Under the pieces are notes generated by a model that saw only the letters and a list, made by a program, of their open reading frames with translations, was not told the DNA's origin and did no database searches. Both the position numbers and the translations under genes were made by a program. A stretch of DNA of 63,972 nt, the filler included, from Pelomyxa schiedti (Eukaryota > Protista > Evosea), in assembly GCA_020536535.1 (NCBI GenBank). It is 4 parts of 4 records of this genome, joined end to end, with 100 filler letters (N's around TTAATTAATTAA, not from the genome) between each part and the next. Parts side by side here need not be neighbours in the genome. Positions count along the whole stretch, not along the records: positions 53,339 to 62,587 come from JAHLWZ010000007.1; positions 62,688 to 63,972 come from JAHLWZ010002620.1; 2 more parts are not named here. The stretch is one strand, 5' to 3'. Position 1 is the first letter of the stretch. Each line of letters opens with the position of its first letter. Of this stretch, positions 55,063 to 63,972 are shown piece after piece.

Positions 55063-56033
55063 TCAAGAAGAAGACTTGGGGTGTAGAAGAGCATAGATCT
55101 CAGGGCCTTTGAGCTGTTTGATTTCTTCGTCTGTGAGACCGTCTAGTTCATGTGGGAAGACAATCCATTTGTCGGTCTTGAAGTTGGTGATTAGTGTTGC
55201 TACGATAAAAAAAGAAGGAAAGAGCAACCTCAAATAGATAGTAGTCTGGAATTCTGGTTGTCACGTTGTGCGTTGGCTTATAGAAAGGAACGGCAACCCG
55301 GACCTGAGAGGGCATGTTGCACCTCATCAAGGTACGCAGCGTAGTAATCACGGCGTCAATGCTTCTCCCAGAATCGAAGATGTCATCAATAAACAACAGT
55401 TTGTCGGTGTTATTGGCAGCTTCGACAAGATAATGAAGTCCAAACACCTTATGACTTCATTACTATGAATGTAGTGAAATATCAATAGGAAGTAAAACGC
55501 ACTTTAACTTCCACGGCACCTGGCTCGAGGGCCTTCTTATACGAACTCGTACGAATTGAAATATCTTTTTTTTTAGAGTTAGTTTGATCACAACCAAATT
55601 CGTATTTATGCTTTAGATAGTGTAATGTTGTTGTTTAATTCTGTTTGTGGTTTCTCTCTTTCTATAATCCCGCACCCGTAGTAAGTGTGTTGTGTTGCTC
55701 CTATCTTAAAATAAATGTGTAATAAGGGGTACTAGTAGTTGGGAGTTGTGTATTTCTTTTCTATAAGTAGCTAATACTAGTATATTAAATAGTGATGTAG
55801 TGGATTAAAACAATCATACGGTTAGCGTGGATGCCGTTGTAAGCTAGGAACTCCTGCACGGCTATGCCGATGGGCGTGCCCCCTCGCCACAGCGCCACGA
55901 TCCAGTCCGGCCGGTACCCGCTGTCGATGATCGCCCGCCCAAGTCGGTACGAGTACAGCAGCAACTCATCCGGGGTGACGTATTGCTTGGGTGGCGGCGC
56001 GGTTGACGACGGCTCACTAGTAGTAGATGCCAT
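55063..56033 (-). CDS. Bacterial-type purine phosphoribosyltransferase (type I PRTase), 4 exons
   Basis: SGYRPDWIVALWRGGTPIGIAVQEF, HISIRTSSY, VFGLHYLVE, PRPP motif LLFIDDIFDSGRS, PDYY..WIVFPHEL. Confidence 0.9.
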
Positions 56034-56292
56034 TGCGTTGCGTGGCGTGGCTGTAACAAATGTTGGACTTGGGTTAATTAGCCGAACTACTGCATCACAA
56101 TTTTGGGGAAATGCGGCGAGGAGTCCACACACAGGAATATTGAAGAGGGAGTACAAGTAAGTGAATCACTGCATCAGATGCGGCCGGTTCCCCAGGGTCT
56201 CGGAGGAGCTCCTCCCAGATAGCACCGTCGGAGAAGGCGACGGTGTCAATAATCAAACACAATATCGGGGATCGTAATAAGGAGGGTGGTTC

Positions 56293-57296
56293 ATGGGTCG
56301 GCACAAGAAGTACGTTGCGAGGCATCAGATAGTGAAGAAGGTGCTGAGTCCGTCCGACACGCGGTTGTTCAAGCCAAAGCCGATGCCGGGTATGCAGGCA
56401 CTAATAGACAAGAAGAAGGAGGCCCAACTCGCGATGAAGAAGTTAGACAAGTCCGATGAACTCCAGGGTGTAAAGTACTCGACACCTTATCCGTTTATTA
56501 TTTTATTTATTTATTTATTTATTTATTTATTTTTTGGATATGACAATGATTTTGGGAATGTAATGTGATGGTATAGGTCACAGCAGCTGAATGGGATACA
56601 TTACATACCATCCCCTAAGTCTAGTTTGTTCTTTCAATATAACACGCAGCTCGGTCCTCCTTACTACATCCTTGTGGATACAAACTTTATCAACTATAGG
56701 TTTTCCCTCTTTCCTTCTTTAATTAGGAAATACTATGGAATACGTGAGTGGTTACTTATTGCTTCACAGCATCCAAAATAAGATTGAAATAATGCAAGGG
56801 TTGATGGATTGTTTATATGCGAAATGTATTCCCCTCATTACCGATTGCGTTATGGCAGAACTCGAGAAGCTCGGCAAAATCTTCCGAATTGCGCTACGGA
56901 TAGTCAGAGACCCCCGATTCGAGAGACTTCCATGCACCCACAAGGGTACTTACGCTGATGACTGTATCGTTCAGCGTGTCACAATGCACAGGTTCCCCGC
57001 CCAAAACTCTCCATTAATATTTCATTACATGTCGGCATTAACTTACTGTGACTATATCTATGAACAAACTTCAACATTCAGAATCGCACCCAATCAATAT
57101 TCTCTAACAACAACCACAACTTTAGAAACTTATCTACCCTAATTCGCATAATAGATGTTACCTCGTGGCCACTTGCGACGGTGACCTCCGCAGAAGACTG
57201 AGGAAAATACCCGGCGTTCCCATAATCTACATCACCAAGCACCGTTACACCGTCGAACGCATGCCCGACGCTGTTGGCTCCATGCCCAAAGAGTAG
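56293..57296 (+). CDS. FCF1: rRNA-processing PIN nuclease FCF1/UTP24
   Basis: [79 protein letters not shown]. Confidence 0.97.
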
Positions 57297-57508
57297 TACC
57301 CCCCACCCCTCCTTCGCTCCGCTCCCGATCATGGGATCAAAAGCACAAAACAATCCCCCAAACTCAAAAAACACCACCACACAAAGTGAACAATAATAGA
57401 GGCCATCACCTCGTATTCCCGATTTAACATCGATTCAACATAATTATCCGTTCGCCTAAAAGCAGATTACTTTGATTCGTTTGGGTGTCGGGCAGGCAAC
57501 GAGGGGCG

Positions 57509-59901
57509 ATGGACGTCCGATTTCTGAAGAAGACAGCCATCACCACCACAACACAACAACAGCCACCAACACCGAGGCACAACACAGCCGCCACCAAGTA
57601 CCCCTCCTCTGCCTCTTCCTCGTCCTCTTTCTCGAGCACCAGCACCGCCACCGCCACCACCACGGGCCATCGGCCCCCTCAGCCCCCCCTCGCCACCACC
57701 CCAAGCCGAGGTGGCGGGACAGCGACGACGGGCCTCCCCGGCCGCGGCGGGGCCGCCGTTGGTGGGCCCGTGCAGTCCCTCAGCGGGAGGCTTAACGGGG
57801 CCCCGCTGCCGCCCTCGTCCTCCTCCTCCTCGTCGTCGTCGTCGTATTTCCCGCCTGGTGCGAGCGGCGGCGGCCTCCCTCCCATAATCGGCCCCGCTGC
57901 CACCCCGCATCGTCAGCAGCCGCAGCCGCAGCTGCAACCACAGCCACCCCCATCGCTGTTTGCCATGATGGACCTTATACGCCAGCCGCAACAGCAACAG
58001 CAGGGGATTATGGGACCCCCCACAGGAGACCTGCCACAACAACCACACAACAATGTAAATTACCAGAATGAACAACAGAAACAACAGATAGGGGGATTGT
58101 CAGTTGCGGCGAGGAGACCAGCTTCCTCTTCCAGCTCACCCCCTTTGTTGTTGAACAATAGAATACCAACACCGGAAGGTATAAGAAACACCACTGGTAT
58201 TGTGCCAATATCTGCATCAAACACCGGCAGTAACACTAGGTTTACTGTACCACAACAGCAGCAGCAAAGTAACATCAACTGTACTTCTAGTAGTATTATT
58301 GGCCAGAATCAACACCAACAGATACAAGTACAATCCCAGCAGGAAGTTACTACTGTAAATATGACTGCACAGCCTAATTCTATCACTGTGCCTTCACCTG
58401 CTGTATTAATGGCTAGTGTGAAGGGCACTCCGCTGATGTATAATGACAATAGGGCTACTGCAAATATCATCAGCAATGGAACGCCCCGTGGGATCACAAA
58501 CAGTGGACCGTCCTTACATGGAGTGACATCTGGAACGCCGCGAGGGATTTTACGGCCAGGTGTTGCTGGAGGTGCCGGCATGAGTGGAGCTTCCATGGCA
58601 AATGGAACCGGAAGGATGAGAGGTTTGAGTGTTAGTACTGGTGGTGCCGCTCCCAACCCGGTTGCCAAGTCACCTCCGGGGGTAATTTATAGGCCTATTA
58701 ATGAAGTACCTGCAATGAGGCAATCAATTGTCTACGAGGAAATACGGAATCCACAGAAAACTACTGGGCAAAATACCGGAATTAGAGACACCAGCAGTGA
58801 AGAAATGTGCGCTCTAAGTGACGAATTACCTTCAGAAATTGAATATCAGTACACTCCTAGGATGAAGCCAATCCCTGCAAGTGCAACCTTCTGCACTCAG
58901 CCACTCAGCACACCAAATCCACAAGGTAAAGTGCGGAACCAACTCAAGCAGTCCCGGTCAAACAATAACTCTCCGAAGTCACAAGAGTTGAATGAATTAG
59001 AACAGATTCAAGCCCCTACACGTTTAACTCCCGCTGCTGAAGCCAATTCAGCAGGAAAGAAGGAAAATCCAGCAGATGGCCAAGGTCTAGAACACCAGAT
59101 TGCCCTGCTTGACTTAGAGACACAGTACATGTACACCCCTCACGTTATTCATGTTGAGCAATAAACTCAGATTCCCCACAGATATCAGCAACTCAGTGCT
59201 GGAACCGGGGACCACAACCTTGAGCTCTCTCTCATAAAAAACATGAAAGCTCTTCGTGAAAAATGCTCTCATGCCGTCAAACAACACCAACAAGAGCGCG
59301 AGGTATACCTAGAGCTTCTTTTATTTTAATCTCAAAACTTGAAGGAAATGGAATCTCAAGTGGAGGAATCCAAGAAGAAATGCTGTTATATGGAAAAAGT
59401 TGTTTTCCAATTAAAACAAGAAGCTGCAGACGCAAACACCAAAATTGTATCGATGGAGAAAGCCCATTCCATTGAAAAAACAAAGTTAGACATGCACTCC
59501 TGTACTTCATGCTCACACTTTTAGATTGCTGTCACAAACGGTCAAAACTCAAAAGGAGACTGAGAACAAGCAACGCCAAATAGAAAAGTTGAATGGTGAT
59601 AAACAAACTCTGATGCAAACTATTGGTACTCTGCGTTCTGATCTCTCTGATAAAGAACAACAAATTTCCAGTCTATCATCTCAACTTGAAACTTCTGAAC
59701 AAGAACGACGTGCGTTGTTGCATTTCCTTTCTCTTCTCTCAACAACATCAAGGTTCTCTTACTGAGAACCTGGAAGGGACACAGCAGAAATCAATGCAAA
59801 TGCAACAACAGCTCGAAATACTTCTTGCTGCCCCTCCAGAGGAGCTCACAAGTGCTCTCGAAACTATGCAGGTGGACCTGTTCCCCTAATAATCAATTCC
59901 G
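57509..59901 (+). CDS. Low-complexity (Q/S/P/T) N-terminus + coiled-coil protein, truncated by a gap
   Basis: ~550-codon first exon followed by short GT-AG introns and heptad-rich exons. Confidence 0.7.
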
Positions 59902-60001
59902 NNNNNNNNNNNNNNNNNNNNNNNNNNNNNNNNNNNNNNNNNNNNNNNNNNNNNNNNNNNNNNNNNNNNNNNNNNNNNNNNNNNNNNNNNNNNNNNNNNN
60001 N

Positions 60002-60191
60002 GGAACTCCTGCACGGCTATGCCGATGGGCGTGCCCCCTCGCCACAGCGCCACGATCCAGTCCGGCCGGTACCCGCTGTCGATGATCGCCCGCCCAAGTC
60101 GGTACGAGTACAGCAGCAACTCGTCGGGGGTGACGTATTGCTTGGGTGGCGGCGCGGTTGACGACGGCTCACTAGTAGTAGTAGATGCCAT
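60002..60191 (-). CDS. PRTase 5' fragment (other copy or allele)
   Basis: MASTTTSEPSS...WRGGTPIGIAVQEF; one extra Thr codon. Confidence 0.85.
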
Positions 60192-60426
60192 TGCGTGGCG
60201 CGTCGTGTAACAAATGTTGAACTTGGATTAATTAAATGAGGGGAAGAATCCACACTAGGATTGAAGACACACAATCCGGAAGAGGGAGTACAAGTAAGTG
60301 AATCGCTGCATCAGCTGAGGCCGGTTCCCCAGGGTCTCGGAGGAGCTCCTCCCAGATAGCATCGTCGGGGAAGGCGATGGGAATAATCAAACACAATATC
60401 GGGGATCGTAATAAGGAGGGTGGTTC

Positions 60427-61392
60427 ATGGGCCGGCACAAGAAGTACGTTGCGAGGCATCAGATAGTGAAGAAGGTGCTGAGTCCGTCCGACACGCGGCT
60501 GTTCAAGCCAAAGCCCATGCCGGGTATGCAGGCACTAATAGACAAGAAGAAGGAGGCCCAACTCGCGATGAAGAAGTTAGACAAGTCCGATGAACTCCAG
60601 GGTGTAAAGTAATCGACTCACCCCATTATCCGTTTCATTTTTTTTTTTTTTTTTGTTATTAATTTAATTATTTTGGGAAAGTAATGTGATGGTATAGGTC
60701 ACAACAGCTGAATGGGATACATTACATACCATCCCCTAAGTCTAGTTTGTTCTTTCAATATAACACGCAGCTCGGTCCTCCTTACTACATCCTTGTGGAT
60801 ACAAACTTTATCAACTATAGGTTTCGTTCTTTCCTTTTTTAATTAGGAAATACTATAGAATACGTGAGTGGTTACTTATTGCTTCACAGCATCCAAAATA
60901 AGATTGAAATAATGCAAGGATTGATGGATTGTTTATATGCGAAATGTATTCCCCTCATTACCGATTGCGTTATGGCCGAACTCGAGAAGCTCGGCAAAAT
61001 CTTCCGAATTGCGCTACGAATAGTCAGAGACCCCCGATTCGAGAGACTTCCATGCACCCACAAGGGTACTTACGCTGATGACTGTATCGTTCAGCGTGTC
61101 ACAATGCACAGGTTCCCCGCCCAAAACTCTCCATTAATATTACATTGCTGTGACTATATCTTTATGAACAAACTACCACATTCAGAATCGCAACAATCAA
61201 CATTCTCCAACAACAACCACAACTTTAGAAACTTATCTACCACATAATAGATGTTACCTCGTGGCCACTTGCGACGGTGACCTCCGCAGAAGACTGAGGA
61301 AAATACCCGGCGTTCCCATAATCTACATCACCAAGCACCGCTACACCGTCGAACGCATGCCCGACGCTGTTGGCTCCATGCCCAAAGAGTAG
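60427..61392 (+). CDS. FCF1: FCF1/UTP24, second copy or allele
   Basis: Same peptide in the parts compared; differences seen are synonymous or intronic. Confidence 0.95.
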
Positions 61393-61595
61393 TCCCCCCA
61401 CCCCATCCCTCCTCCCGATCATGGGATCCAAAGCACAAAACAATCCCCCAAACTCAAAAACACCACCACACAAAGTGAACAATAATAGAGGCCATCACCT
61501 CGTATTCCCGATTTAACTCGATCACATAATTCCGTTCGCCTAAAAGCAGATTACTTTGATTCGGTTTTGGGGTGTCGGGCAGGCAACGAGGCACG

Positions 61596-62587
61596 ATGGA
61601 CGTCCGATTTCTGAAGAAGTCAGCCATCACCACCACTACACAACAACAGCCACCAACACCGCGGCACAACACACCCGCCACCAAGTACCCCTCCTCTGCC
61701 TCTGCCTCTTCCTCTTTCTCGAGCATCAGCACCACCACCACCACGGGCCATCGGCCCCCTCAGCCCCCCCTCGCCACCACCTCCAACAGCGCAAGCAGAG
61801 GCCGCGGCGGGGCCGCCGTTGGTGGTCCCGTGCCGAATCCGCAGTCCCTCAGCGGGAGGCTGAACGGGGCCCCGCTGCCGCCCTCCTCCTCCTCCTCCTC
61901 CTCCTCCTCCTCGTCGTATTTCCCGCCTGGTGCGAGCGGCGGCGGCCTCCCTCCCATAATCGGCCCCGCTGCCACCCCGCATCGCCAGCAGCCGCAGCCG
62001 CAGCTGCAACCACAGCCACCCCCATCGCTGTTTGCCATGATGGACCTTATCCGCCAGCCGCAACAACAACAGCAGGGGATTATGTGACCCCCCACAGGAG
62101 ACCTGCCACAACAACCACACAACAATGTAAATTACCAGAATGAACAACAGAAACAACAGATAGGGGGATTGTCAGTTGCGCCTGGCGGATAAGGTCCATC
62201 ATGGCAAACAGCGATGGGGGTGGCTGTGGAGCTTCCATGGCAAATGGAACCGGAAGGATGAGAGCGTCAGCGGGAGGTTTGAGTGTTAGTACTGGTGGTG
62301 CCGCTCCCAACCCGGTTGCCAAGTCACCTCCGGGGGTAATTTATAGGCCTATCAATGAAGTACCTGCAATGAGGCAATCAATTGTCTACGAGGAAATACG
62401 GAATCCACAGAAAACTACTGGGCAAAATACCGGAATTAGAGACACCAGCAGTGAAGAAATGTGCGTTCTAAGTGACGAATTACCTTCAGAAATTGAATAT
62501 CAGTACACTCCTAGGATGAAGCCAATCCCTGCAAGTGCAACCTTCTGCACTCAGCCACTCAGCACACCAAATCCACAAGGTAAAGTG
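61596..62587 (+). pseudogene. Disrupted copy of the 57509 gene
   Basis: GGA>TGA at 62085-62087, and ~475 bp replaced by an inverted local segment. Confidence 0.75.
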
Positions 62588-62687
62588 NNNNNNNNNNNNN
62601 NNNNNNNNNNNNNNNNNNNNNNNNNNNNNNNTTAATTAATTAANNNNNNNNNNNNNNNNNNNNNNNNNNNNNNNNNNNNNNNNNNNN
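62588..62687. other. Artificial scaffold-joining linker
   Basis: N44-TTAATTAATTAA-N44. Confidence 0.97.
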
Positions 62688-63047
62688 AATAGTGTGCTGT
62701 TCAAGCAAGGTGCTCTGCATGCAATTGTTGACCTGCTTGGGTGCTTTAAATACGAACAGGCGAACACCAAGCTGCTTCCCGAAATCCTGGAAGTTCGTAC
62801 TCCATTATTTATTATCTATAAATACCAAGGCTGACCACTCTCTCAGGCACTGACAACCGCAATGCGACTAGGAAATTCCAGCAACCATTTCCAGCAGCTT
62901 CTTATTAACTGCGGTACTCTAACTACGCTCCGCATCATACAAAAGAACACCAGGAATACCGAGGCTATGCCACTGGCACGGAAGCTCATTGCCCAACTCA
63001 GGAAATACCAGAGCAGGAAGCAACAGGACTCAATGGACAGTGAGTGA
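62688..63047 (+). CDS. 3' end of an ARM/HEAT-like helical protein
   Basis: LFKQGALHAIVDLL..LLPEILE/ALTTAMRLG..LLINCGTLTTLRII..ARKLI; one short intron. Confidence 0.45.
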
Positions 63048-63091
63048 TTATGAAGTGGAAAATAAAATGTTTTTTTTTTTACAGGTTTATA

Positions 63092-63648
63092 TCTTGCACA
63101 GTCCACCTGTACACTCACACTCGGGTTTTTGCCGGTTTTGGAAGGATTTTTGATCAATTTTCCGTTCTTGCAAAAGGGTAAAAAATTGTGCCCCACACAA
63201 AAGTGTCGGCAGTTCCATCCCCAAAGCCGGCATTGAATTTTGTGAATCTGTTAACAGAGTTCCACCAGTAATACCCAGTGGGAGTAGTTTTGACAGAATT
63301 GTAAAAACGAAATGTTGAAAATAGAGTGACAGGGGGTGTCACTCTGCCGAAAATTCCTTTTTCTCCTTTTTGTGTCACTTTTCCTTTCCTTTCACTCCAA
63401 AACCCCGTTGTCTTCTTGTGCAGTTGTCAAAAACGGGTGTTGAGACACGGGAGAGACGAGTTCGAGACCCAGACTCACCATGAACTTTTTCTGCCGATCA
63501 GGTGGTGGCCAGTTTGGGAACCGAACCTCCGACTTTCGCTGTAGCACGCAACCGGTTTGGCACTTTTGCAAAGACGGAAATGTGCTAAAAATCGTTGTAA
63601 AACCGGCAAAAACCCTAGTGTAAAAGTGTACAGGTGGACTGTGCAAGA
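63092..63648. mobile_element. MITE with long imperfect TIRs flanked by TATA
   Basis: tcttgcacagtccacctgtacact is perfectly inverted at both ends; similarity extends ~100 bp; TATA on both flanks. Confidence 0.85.
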
Positions 63649-63670
63649 TATATGGTTACAAGGTGGGTTT

Positions 63671-63972
63671 TCATTCCTCCTCGGTTTTTTGAACTCTGGA
63701 TTTCTTTGCAGGATACCTTTTCCTCGTAGGAGGTATACTTAGCCTCTTTGGAGGACTTATTTCTGCAATCTCAATATCACTATTCGTCTCCTCCTTGGTT
63801 GGTTCCAACTTAGGACCGCCATGATTATTAATGAGGGTTGTGGCTTTTTCAGCCTTTTTTGGTAAACTTGGTGTAGTGACACTCTTCACTCCAGTCTTCG
63901 AATCAATGGAATGAACACAGACTGTTGGCACTTCTTGACCGCAAAGGAATAAACTGGCTTGTTCTGTCTGAA
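63671..63972 (-). CDS. 3' end of a hypothetical K/E/P-rich protein
   Basis: Open frame ending ...RKRYPAKKSRVQKTEEE-stop, convergent on the MITE. Confidence 0.4.
   Translation of the reverse strand, partial: QTEQASLFLCGQEVPTVCVHSIDSKTGVKSVTTPSLPKKAEKATTLINNHGGPKLEPTKEETNSDIEIAEISPPKRLSIPPTRKRYPAKKSRVQKTEEE

Noticed and set aside
62085-62087. In-frame TGA as selenocysteine or recoding
   Set aside because: It aligns to Gly (GGA) in a low-complexity region of a copy that is also rearranged; TGA is a normal stop in BRF1, RPS9 and Rab

Overview
Gene-dense, intron-rich eukaryotic (protist) genomic DNA, not prokaryotic. Gene content and style (NELF-A, FtsX-type permease, MORN-TKL kinase, bacterial-type enzymes carrying introns, ~40-55 nt introns) suggest an amoebozoan, possibly a Pelomyxa-like archamoeba (inference only). 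The window is four scaffolds joined by artificial N44-TTAATTAATTAA-N44 linkers: 1-29984, 30085-53238, 53339-62587 and 62688-63972. Scaffold 1 carries BRF1, RPS9, a Pex11-like gene, a probably inactive GH18 chitinase, transportin, an actin-like fusion, a methyltransferase, an FtsX-type permease, RING-TRAF, NELF-A, SPF45 and an FGE-family gene, and ends in two tandem tRNA-like Pol III-type units. Scaffold 2 is almost entirely a spacer-less ~22.9 kb palindrome with its axis at 41522/41523. It duplicates Rab1, a CH-domain gene, the MORN kinase, alanine aminotransferase, a small Met/Pro/Gly-rich gene and a MITE. Scaffold 3 holds diverged copies of a PRTase-FCF1-coiled-coil block, one with a microhomology-mediated inverted template switch. 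Scaffold 4 has a long-TIR MITE. All gene calls come from manual splicing and motif recognition; no searches were run.
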